The notes beneath the pieces are model-generated. The model saw only the letters and a list, made by a program, of their open reading frames with translations, made no database searches and was not told the DNA's origin. The position numbers and the translations under genes were made by a program. From an uncultured Pseudomonadales bacterium (GTDB lineage: Bacteria; Patescibacteriota; Microgenomatia; UBA1400; CAYXSR01), in contig CAYSEI010000002.1 in NCBI GenBank assembly GCA_964430265.1, forward strand, positions 141,209-205,208: a stretch of DNA of 64,000 bases. Reading direction: 5' to 3'. Below, piece after piece: positions 31,139 to 38,835 of this stretch. Each line of letters starts with the position of its first letter. Position 1 is the stretch's first letter.

Positions 31139-31713
31139 ATAAAAACACAAAAATTCTTCTGATAATTTTAATCATGGTAATCAGCGGGCTTTTTATTTTT
31201 AAAAGAGGATTAGTCCCAAAAGATGTAAATCCCTTAAATCAAGAGAAAGAACTTTTATTTTCTGGTTTAGATATTGATAAAATTGATCAGATTATTATAA
31301 AACAAAATAATGAAGAAACAGTTTTACAAAAAAAAGCAGATGAATGGCAAAGAAAGGAAGCAACCAAATCAGCTGAGAAAAATAAAATAGAGACCCTTTT
31401 ACAAATCGTAAAAGACATGGAAAAACAAGAGCTTGCATCTCAAAATTCAGATAAAAGAGATGTTTATCAGGTAACTGAAAATGCAATACAAGTCATTTTG
31501 AAATCAGGAGACCAAGAAGCAGTAAATTTTTATATTGGCAAAAGAGGTCCGGATTTTCTTTCCACATATGTACGTAAAAAAGATTCTGATAATGTCTGGT
31601 TAATTAAAAAAGCGCTTGAACCTATTTTTGAGCCAGATACTTGGGAGTCAGAAACTTCTTTAGAAAAGCTGGAAGAAAGTACTCCAGCTGCAGAATTGGT
31701 TCCCAACAATTAA
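31135..31713 (+). CDS. Hypothetical membrane-anchored protein (DUF4340-like; commonly follows gldG-like genes)
   Basis: N-terminal TM helix, position; weak family recall. Confidence 0.4.
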   Translation: MNKNTKILLIILIMVISGLFIFKRGLVPKDVNPLNQEKELLFSGLDIDKIDQIIIKQNNEETVLQKKADEWQRKEATKSAEKNKIETLLQIVKDMEKQELASQNSDKRDVYQVTENAIQVILKSGDQEAVNFYIGKRGPDFLSTYVRKKDSDNVWLIKKALEPIFEPDTWESETSLEKLEESTPAAELVPNN

Positions 31714-31746
31714 TAATAGAGGGGAAAATTAAAGAAAGCTCCCTTA

Positions 31747-31776
31747 TTTATATACCCGGAAAATATTGGTATAATA
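31747..31776 (+). promoter_or_regulatory. Candidate sigma70 promoter for the tRNA: TTTATA -35-like, then an extended -10 TGgTATAAT ending 11 nt before the tRNA 5' end
   Basis: TATAAT at 31770-31775 with TG at 31767-31768, read directly. Confidence 0.4.
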
Positions 31777-31786
31777 TTAATGTTTT

Positions 31787-31858
31787 GGGCTAGTAGCTCA
31801 GGGGTAGAGCGCTATTCTTATAAAATAGTGGTCGATAGTTCGAATCTATCCTAGCCCA
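31787..31858 (+). tRNA. tRNA-Ile with anticodon UAU (reads AUA), no encoded CCA
   Basis: Hand fold. Acceptor GGGCTAG/CTAGCCC, D-stem GCTC/GAGC, anticodon stem CTATT/AATAG, loop CUUAUAA (anticodon UAU), T-arm GATAG-TTCGAAT-CTATC, discriminator A. Confidence 0.8.
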
Positions 31859-31906
31859 CAAGAATAATTTATAATCAATTAAAAATTATAAAAATAAAGG
31901 ATTAAA

Positions 31907-32116
31907 ATGCCCAAATATTGTTATCAGTGCAATAAATGCGGAAAAACGTTTAAAATAGAAGCTTCCATTGAAGACAAAGAAAGCTTGGAAGTTTTCTGTC
32001 CTGAATGTGAAAGTACGGAAGTTAGGCAGAAATTTGGCACTTTTTTTAGTTCCGGAAATACGGGGGGATGTGTTTCAGGAAATTGCTCTTCTTGTTCAGG
32101 CTGCGGAGGACACTAA
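31907..32116 (+). CDS. FmdB-family zinc-ribbon protein with a Cys-rich tail
   Basis: 69 aa; CYQCNKCGK..CPECES zinc ribbon and a GGCVSGNCSSCSGCGGH tail. Confidence 0.7.
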   Translation: MPKYCYQCNKCGKTFKIEASIEDKESLEVFCPECESTEVRQKFGTFFSSGNTGGCVSGNCSSCSGCGGH

Positions 32117-32913
32117 TGGTTAAGGTTATAAAAGCTGACGGTACAAAAGAGACATTTTCTAAGGAAAAACTTAATCAATCTATGATAAGGGCCGGAATTG
32201 GTAAAACTATAAGGGGAAAAGTAATTGCAGAAGTTAAAGATAAACTTTATGAAGGAATTTCCACCAAAGAAATCTATGATTTGGTTTCCGAAGAGCTTGA
32301 TCGGCAGGAAAAATACCTTGCTTCAAAATATAGTTTAAAAAAAGCAATTATGCGACTTGGACCAACAGGCTATCCATTTGAAAAATTTATTGCGGGTCTT
32401 TTACAAAAAAAAGGATATAAAACAGAGACAGCGCAAGAATTAATGGGTAAGTGTGTTAGTCATGAAGTTGACGTGATTGCCCAAAAAGATAATAAAAAGT
32501 TTGCTGTTGAATGTAAATACCACAATAAAAGGGGAACAAAAACAGATATTCAAAATGCTTTATACATCTATGCTCGTTATTTAGATTTAAAAGAAGCTCA
32601 GCAGTTAGATGAAATGTGGCTGGTTACCAACACGAAAATGACTTCCAAAGCAGTTGAATACTCAGAGTGCGTAGGATTAAAAGTAATTAGCTGGAATTAC
32701 AGTGGTGAATGGAGTTTGAGTGAACTAGTTGAAAACAGTGATTTGTATCCTATAACTTGTTTGGAAACATTGACGCGTCCAGAAGAAAAAGAACTCTTAA
32801 ATGAAGGAATTGTTTTTTGCCGTGATCTGAAACAGTCACCCAAATCCAAATACTTGCTTCCGAAAAGCAAAAAAGAAGAAGTTTTAAAAGAAATTGAGTT
32901 TCTTACTGAATAA
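32116..32913 (+). CDS. ATP-cone domain protein fused to an Mrr-like PD-(D/E)xK restriction-endonuclease-fold domain
   Basis: N-terminus VKVIKADGTKETFSKEKLNQSMIRAG resembles the NrdR/RNR ATP-cone. The central HEVDVIAQKDNKKFAVECKYH fits the D..E-x-K nuclease core. ATG 32116 overlaps the upstream stop (TAATG); the longer 32068 start in the ORF track is rejected. Confidence 0.6.
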   Translation: MVKVIKADGTKETFSKEKLNQSMIRAGIGKTIRGKVIAEVKDKLYEGISTKEIYDLVSEELDRQEKYLASKYSLKKAIMRLGPTGYPFEKFIAGLLQKKGYKTETAQELMGKCVSHEVDVIAQKDNKKFAVECKYHNKRGTKTDIQNALYIYARYLDLKEAQQLDEMWLVTNTKMTSKAVEYSECVGLKVISWNYSGEWSLSELVENSDLYPITCLETLTRPEEKELLNEGIVFCRDLKQSPKSKYLLPKSKKEEVLKEIEFLTE

Positions 32914-32997
32914 AAACCCGCTTGCATACAAAGATGAGAGTATTATAATAATTTTGTAGAAAAAATTTAGCAAAAAATTCAATAAGAGGAGGTTAAA

Positions 32998-33270
32998 ATG
33001 AAAGTAATTAAAATTGGTGCTGAGTGGTGTCCAGGTTGTCTAGTTATGAAGCCCCGCTGGAAAAAGATTGAAGAAGAGCTGGAATGGTTGGAAACAGAAT
33101 ATCTTGATTATGATCACGATAGGGAAGAAGTTGAAGAATACGGGCTCAAAGAAGGTAAGCTTCCGGTTTTCATCTTTCTAAATAAAGATGGTGAAGAATT
33201 TATGCGTCTCCAAGGAGAACATCCTAAGGATGAATTAATTGAACTGTGTGAAGAAAACAAAGACAAATGA
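32998..33270 (+). CDS. Thioredoxin-family protein (WCPGC active site), cytoplasmic
   Basis: 90 aa, CPGC motif, GGAGG RBS. Confidence 0.8.
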   Translation: MKVIKIGAEWCPGCLVMKPRWKKIEEELEWLETEYLDYDHDREEVEEYGLKEGKLPVFIFLNKDGEEFMRLQGEHPKDELIELCEENKDK

Positions 33271-34427
33271 ATTTAAGGAAATTAGGTCTTTTTGTACTAT
33301 CTATTTTATTGTTATTATTCTCTTTTGTTCCTGTTCTTAATGCTCAAGAACACAAGTGTGAAGATGTTGAAGTGCATTTTTTTTGGGCAAAAGGATGTCC
33401 CCATTGTGCTGAGGAAAAGAAATTTCTAGACAAACTTGAGAAAAAATATCCTGAATTGGATGTTCAAAGATACGAAGTTTCCGGAAATAGGGAAAATCAA
33501 GAGCATATGCAGAAACTGGCAGAAAAAGTGGACGCAAATGTAAGAGGTGTTCCGTTTACAGTAATTGAAGACCAATATTTTATTGGTTTTTATGATGAAG
33601 AAACAACAGGCAAAGAAATTGAAGAAGCAGTCAAATGCCTTTTGCCTCAGGAAAAGCAAGATAAATCAGTAATTCCTAATTCAGTTAGTGTACCCCTTTT
33701 AGGGAAAATTCAGACAAAAGAACTTTCCCTTCCTTTATTCAGTATTGTCTTAGGATTTTTGGACGGGTTTAATCCGTGTGCAATGTGGGTGCTTTTGTTT
33801 CTAATTAGTCTTTTATTGGGAATTGAGAACAAACGTAGACGTTGGATCCTTGGTAGCGTATTTATTGTTGCTTCTTCTTTTGTGTATTTTCTTTTTATGG
33901 TTGCATGGCTGAACTTCTTTTTGTTTTTGGGCTATGTAGTTTGGGTAAGGTATTTGATTGGTGCTTTGGCAGTAGGTGTGGGAATATATAATTTTTATGA
34001 TTTTTATAAAAACAAAGACGGCGGCTGCAAAGTTACAGGGGATGAAAAAAGACGTAAAATATTTTATAAAATTAAAAATATTGTTAAGAAAAATAGTTTA
34101 TTTATAGCAATAATTGGAATAATTCTTCTTGCTTTTGCAGTTAATATGGTAGAGCTTGTTTGTTCCGCAGGTCTTCCGGCAATATTTACCAAGGTTTTAA
34201 CATTAAGCAAACTTCCAATGTGGGAGTATTATTCTTATTTACTTTTATATATTCTATTTTTTATGATTGATGATTTGATCATTTTTTTTACGGCTATGAT
34301 TACCCTCCATACAGTAGGAATTGAATCTAAGTATGCAAGATATTCCAATATTATTGGAGGCCTTTTAATGCTGATTATTGGAATTTTAATGCTCTTTAAG
34401 CCAGAAGTTTTAATGTTTAGTGGTTAA
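33267..34427 (+). CDS. Signal-peptide thioredoxin domain (CPHC) fused to a CcdA/DsbD-beta-like 6-TM thiol-disulfide transporter domain
   Basis: N-terminal signal peptide and WAKGCPHCAEEKKFL thioredoxin motif. The TM domain has one Cys in each of two helices (GFNPCAMWVL, ELVCSAGLPA), as in CcdA/DsbD. Confidence 0.6.
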   Translation: MNLRKLGLFVLSILLLLFSFVPVLNAQEHKCEDVEVHFFWAKGCPHCAEEKKFLDKLEKKYPELDVQRYEVSGNRENQEHMQKLAEKVDANVRGVPFTVIEDQYFIGFYDEETTGKEIEEAVKCLLPQEKQDKSVIPNSVSVPLLGKIQTKELSLPLFSIVLGFLDGFNPCAMWVLLFLISLLLGIENKRRRWILGSVFIVASSFVYFLFMVAWLNFFLFLGYVVWVRYLIGALAVGVGIYNFYDFYKNKDGGCKVTGDEKRRKIFYKIKNIVKKNSLFIAIIGIILLAFAVNMVELVCSAGLPAIFTKVLTLSKLPMWEYYSYLLLYILFFMIDDLIIFFTAMITLHTVGIESKYARYSNIIGGLLMLIIGILMLFKPEVLMFSG

Positions 34428-35520
34428 AATTAAGGCTGGGCCTGCGTTCTAAAGAATAAATATCTTTTACAAATTCTTTTCTTTTGTATTTATAATAAGC
34501 AGCAATTCCAATCATAGCTGCATTATCTCCCAGTAAACGATCAGAATAAGGAATAGTAACTGGCATAGAGTATTTCTTTGCAGTTTGTCTTATCTTGTTT
34601 CTAACGTATAAGTTATTAATAACACCGCCTCCTAGAAGAAGTTTATTAACAGGATATTTATCCATTGCTTTTTCCAGTTTGTTAGTGATTGATTTAGTTA
34701 AAACTTTTTGAAATGAAGCAGAAAAGTCTTTGTAAAATTGTGCATTTTTAGTTTTTTCATCAAATTCTTTTATTTTATACATGCAAGCTGTTTTTAATCC
34801 GGAAAAGGAAAAATTTAGAGACTTATGTTTGCGCATGGGAACAGGAAGCTCAAATCTGTCAGCATTTCCTTCTTCTGCAAGCTTTTCAATTATTGGTCCT
34901 CCAGGATAGCCTAAATCAAGCATTTTAGCAACCTTATCAAAAGCTTCACCAGCTGCATCATCAAGTGTTTCTCCTAATAATTCATATTTTCCGAATTTTT
35001 TCATTAATACAAGCTGTGTATGTCCTCCAGATATTAAAAGGCCAAGAAAAGGAAAGTCATGTTCTTCTGATGAAAGGGGTCCTTTTCCTTTTGAATTCAA
35101 AGCAAAAGAAGAAAGTAGATGCGCTTCCATATGGTTGATTGCTGTTAAAGGCTTTTTTAAATCACAAGAAAGTTGTTTTGCTTTTTCTATTCCAACTTCT
35201 AGTGAAGGAGCAAGTCCGGGTCCACGGGTAACAGCAACAGCATCCAGCTTTTTATATTTAATTTTATCAATGGGCAGATTAAAATGCTTTCTAACGCGGT
35301 TAGCTCTTTTAAGTGCTGTTTCAATAACATCACCTATATGTTCTTTATGCTCTCTTTTTGCAAGGTTAGGAACAACCCCTCCCCATTCTTTATGTACTTC
35401 AATTTGTGAATGAATAATATTGCTTAAAACTCTTCGTGCAAAAGTAATTGCTGCAGCTGTTTCATCGCATGATGTTTCAATAGATAAAATAATAGGATTA
35501 TTATTCATGACTGACCTCAA
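34417..35520 (-). CDS. tsaD: tRNA N6-adenosine threonylcarbamoyltransferase TsaD
   Basis: SIETSCDETAAAI, HMEAHL, GGVINN Kae1/TsaD motifs. Confidence 0.9.
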   Translation of the reverse strand: MRSVMNNNPIILSIETSCDETAAAITFARRVLSNIIHSQIEVHKEWGGVVPNLAKREHKEHIGDVIETALKRANRVRKHFNLPIDKIKYKKLDAVAVTRGPGLAPSLEVGIEKAKQLSCDLKKPLTAINHMEAHLLSSFALNSKGKGPLSSEEHDFPFLGLLISGGHTQLVLMKKFGKYELLGETLDDAAGEAFDKVAKMLDLGYPGGPIIEKLAEEGNADRFELPVPMRKHKSLNFSFSGLKTACMYKIKEFDEKTKNAQFYKDFSASFQKVLTKSITNKLEKAMDKYPVNKLLLGGGVINNLYVRNKIRQTAKKYSMPVTIPYSDRLLGDNAAMIGIAAYYKYKRKEFVKDIYSLERRPSLNFNH

Positions 35521-36595
35521 TTCGTCTATTTTTTTTGTTGTCAGTATATTTTATTGATACCCAAATTATTTTAATATTGGGATTTGATTTATACTGATCA
35601 ACAAGATATTTGGCTTTTTCAATCCATTCAACTGCAATTACATTTCCTGGCTTAAGCATTCTTTTAAAACCGAGGTTTTCCAGTTCTTGAGGGTTTTCCA
35701 TACGCCAAGTGTCTATGTGAAAAAACATTCCACTTTTTTTATTTAAAGAGTAATTGTATTCACGGACTAGTACATAGCTGGGTGACTTGATAGTACTTTT
35801 TATATTTAAAGCTTTGGCAATTCCTTTACAAAACTCGGTTTTTCCTGTGCCCAGCTTTCCTTGCAAAGCAAAAATTAAACATTTATCTTCATTTAAATAT
35901 TTAAAGTGGTCAGTTGTCAGGGAAATAGCAAGATTTTGAGTTTCTTGATTAGACCTACTTGTTGAAATTCTTGAATTTAAATCACTAAAGTTTATTTTCC
36001 CTTCTCTAATAATCTCTAGATTTTCTTTTGTTGTGCTTACGACTGTAGACGGTTTTCTTTTTGGCAGTTCCCCCGCGTCAATAATAAGGTCAATTAATTT
36101 CTTTTTTTCTTGACTTAGACATACTAAAATATCCTTAATTTTATATGGTGTTTTTTTATTGGAGATATTTGCAGAAGTTGCTGTTATTGGCTTCCCAAAT
36201 TTTCTTATTATTTTTCTTGTTAATTCATAATCTGGAATTCTTATTCCTAATGTGCCTTTTTCTGATTCAAGTTTAGAATCAACTTTATGTTTACCCATTG
36301 AAATTACTGTAATAGGACCCGGAAGAAAATTATCATAAAGATTTTCTGCAGTTTTATTAAATTCAACATAATTCTTGGCCATTTTCTTATCCGAAACAGC
36401 AATAGAAATTGGTTTACCCTTGCGAAACCCTTTGTAATTGAGTAATTTTTGTACTGCTTTCGGGTTAGTGGCGTCCACGCCAATTCCATAACAAGTTTCG
36501 GTTGGGTATATAATAACTCCATCTTTATTAAGGACAGCAGCAACTTTTTTTATAATTTCTTTTTCTGGTATTTGCTTAAGTTTTATTGTTTTCAT
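35501..36595 (-). CDS. Fusion of threonylcarbamoyl-AMP synthase TsaC (Sua5/YrdC domain) with P-loop ATPase TsaE (YjeE)
   Basis: N-terminal YrdC fold (IYPTETCYGIGVDA, SIAVSD, LPGPITVIS). The C-terminal part has a GKLGTGKT Walker A and a TsaE-like tail (SPSYVLVREY..FHIDTWR). Confidence 0.75.
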   Translation of the reverse strand: MKTIKLKQIPEKEIIKKVAAVLNKDGVIIYPTETCYGIGVDATNPKAVQKLLNYKGFRKGKPISIAVSDKKMAKNYVEFNKTAENLYDNFLPGPITVISMGKHKVDSKLESEKGTLGIRIPDYELTRKIIRKFGKPITATSANISNKKTPYKIKDILVCLSQEKKKLIDLIIDAGELPKRKPSTVVSTTKENLEIIREGKINFSDLNSRISTSRSNQETQNLAISLTTDHFKYLNEDKCLIFALQGKLGTGKTEFCKGIAKALNIKSTIKSPSYVLVREYNYSLNKKSGMFFHIDTWRMENPQELENLGFKRMLKPGNVIAVEWIEKAKYLVDQYKSNPNIKIIWVSIKYTDNKKNRRIEVSHE

Positions 36596-36645
36596 TCAAT
36601 CATATATTTTATCATTTACTTATGTCAGTGTATAATTGTGAATGT

Positions 36646-37707
36646 ATGTTTAAGAAATTAATTATCAGCTTATTATTTATACTATATTTAGCTAATCCTG
36701 CAATGGCGCAGAAAAATGCTACTTATCAAGGTGTAATAACTAATGTGATTAGTGAAGAAAAGCAAGGAATGACAAATCTTCAAAAAGTTGAAGTTAAAAT
36801 TACAAATGATAAAGCAAATATAGATAAAGTTGAAGCACTGGTACAGATGTCAGGAGCTGTAAAACAGAGAAAGGCAAAAAAAGGGGACGAAGTAATTTTG
36901 GAATCCGGTACAAACTTGGAAGGCAATGTTCAGTATTATGTTGTGGATTTTGTTAGGACTAGCGGTCTTTTTTGGTTGTTTTTGATATTTGTGGCTCTTG
37001 TTTTATCAGTTGCCAGATTTAAAGGATTGACTTCACTGATTGGAATGGCTTTTTCATTTGTAGTCATATTTATGTTAATACTGCCTCTCATAAACCAAGG
37101 AAAAGATCCAGTTTTGGTTTCATTATTAAGTTCACTTTTGATTATCCCAGCCACATTTTACATGTCTCATGGATTTGAAAAAAAGACAACGGTTGCTGTG
37201 ATTGGTACATTAATTTCTTTGGGTATTACCGGGTTACTAGCACAAGTTTTTGTTCAAGCTACAAGGTTGAGTGGTTTTGTTTCGGAAGAAGCAGGCTTTT
37301 TACAGCAAATGAAAGGTGGAGAAATTAATGTAAGAGGACTTTTATTGGCAGGAATAATAATTGGAACCTTGGGAATTTTGGATGACGTATCAATATCTCA
37401 AGCGGGAATAATAGATCAACTCAAGAAAGCAAACAAAAAAATAAAAGACAAAGAACTTTTTAACAGGGCAATGGAAATCGGTCGTGACCACATTGCTTCT
37501 ATGGTTAATACTTTAGTGTTGGTTTATACAGGAGCAGCTTTACCTTTGTTGCTTTTATTTATTAATAATCCGCATCCGTTTATGGAAATAGTTAATTATG
37601 AAATTATTGCCGAGGAAATTGTCAGAACTTTAGTCGGTAGCATTGGTTTAATAACAGCGGTTCCAATTACTACTATACTGGCAATAAAAATGCAAAATGA
37701 AAAATAA
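36646..37707 (+). CDS. YibE/F-family membrane protein
   Basis: Signal peptide, then polytopic membrane protein with the YibE/F-like motif GILDDVSISQAG; start chosen at ATG 36646 (the signal-peptide Met). Confidence 0.65.
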   Translation: MFKKLIISLLFILYLANPAMAQKNATYQGVITNVISEEKQGMTNLQKVEVKITNDKANIDKVEALVQMSGAVKQRKAKKGDEVILESGTNLEGNVQYYVVDFVRTSGLFWLFLIFVALVLSVARFKGLTSLIGMAFSFVVIFMLILPLINQGKDPVLVSLLSSLLIIPATFYMSHGFEKKTTVAVIGTLISLGITGLLAQVFVQATRLSGFVSEEAGFLQQMKGGEINVRGLLLAGIIIGTLGILDDVSISQAGIIDQLKKANKKIKDKELFNRAMEIGRDHIASMVNTLVLVYTGAALPLLLLFINNPHPFMEIVNYEIIAEEIVRTLVGSIGLITAVPITTILAIKMQNEK

Positions 37708-38791
37708 AACATATTATATTGCCACTTTCGGCTGTCAAATAAATGAGGTAAATTCAGAGAAAATTGCCGCATTAATGGAAAAAAGAGGCTATAAACCGGC
37801 AATAGATCCTAATAAAGCAGAACTTGTGATAATAAATACCTGTTCTGTTAGAGAATCTGCAGAAAACCGGGTTTTTGGTTTAGTGAATAACCTTTCCAAA
37901 AACAAAAAAGAACAAAAAATAATTCTTACCGGCTGTATGCTTTATCATGGTAAAAAATGGCTTAAGAGAAAACTACCCGAGGTGAATTCATTTATTGAAA
38001 CTCCTGAATTTTTGGACAAAAAGGTTTTGCCCAAAAGAAAAAAGAAGAAACACGCTTGGGTTCCAATAATGTCGGGATGTAATAATTTTTGCAGTTATTG
38101 TGTAGTTCCTTATGCAAGAGGGAGAGAAAAAAGCAGAAATCTAACTGAAATTTATTGTGAAATAGAAAAATTAGCAGAAACTGATTACACAAAAATTACT
38201 CTTTTAGGGCAAAATGTAAATTCATACGGATTAGATTTTGAAAAAAAAGAGTGGGAAAGCCAAATAAGAGAATTAGAAAAGCGAGTAAAATTTAACTGCA
38301 AAAAAGTAAAGTGTAAATATTCTACTCCTTTTGGCTTTTTATTGGCAGTAATTCATCAAATAAAAAGCATAAAAAGTATTGCGTTTCTTACCAGCAATCC
38401 CTGGGATCTCACTGACGATATATTACGGGCTATGAAACTTCCTAAAATTGAAAAACACCTGCATTTGCCTGTTCAGTCAGGGGATGATCAAATCCTGAAA
38501 AAAATGAACAGAGACTATACAGCAGAAGAATATTTAAAACTGATAAATAAAGCAAAAAAAACTATTCCGGACTTAACTATTGGTACTGATATTATTGTTG
38601 GTTTTCCCGGAGAAACCAAAAAGCAATTTCAAAATACAGTAAAACTTTGTAAAAAAGTAAATTTCTCTAAAGCATATGTTGCCAGGTACTCACCACGTCC
38701 GGGAACAGTAGCTGCAAAATATAAAGATGATGTACCTCACAAAGAGAAAAAGCGGCGCTGGAGAATTTTAAATAAAATGATAAATGAATAA
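37697..38791 (+). CDS. Radical SAM methylthiotransferase of the MiaB/RimO/MtaB family, apparently lacking the C-terminal TRAM domain
   Basis: N-terminal MTTase Cys triad (FGCQ, NTCSV, TGCM), radical SAM CNNFCSYC; only 364 aa. Confidence 0.8.
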   Translation: MKNKTYYIATFGCQINEVNSEKIAALMEKRGYKPAIDPNKAELVIINTCSVRESAENRVFGLVNNLSKNKKEQKIILTGCMLYHGKKWLKRKLPEVNSFIETPEFLDKKVLPKRKKKKHAWVPIMSGCNNFCSYCVVPYARGREKSRNLTEIYCEIEKLAETDYTKITLLGQNVNSYGLDFEKKEWESQIRELEKRVKFNCKKVKCKYSTPFGFLLAVIHQIKSIKSIAFLTSNPWDLTDDILRAMKLPKIEKHLHLPVQSGDDQILKKMNRDYTAEEYLKLINKAKKTIPDLTIGTDIIVGFPGETKKQFQNTVKLCKKVNFSKAYVARYSPRPGTVAAKYKDDVPHKEKKRRWRILNKMINE

Positions 38792-38835
38792 TTGACTAAA
38801 GGATATTTATTTTGGTATCTTAAATTAAGGAGAAT

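Noticed and set aside
32068-32115. Longer 5' extension of the ATP-cone ORF (track start 32068), and the possibility of a frameshift fusion with the FmdB ribbon
   Set aside because: The extension (MCFRKLLFLFRLRRTLM) is out of character and overlaps the ribbon coding sequence in another frame. ATG 32116 overlapping the upstream TAA (TAATG) is a standard coupled start. I see no slippery heptamer to support programmed frameshifting.
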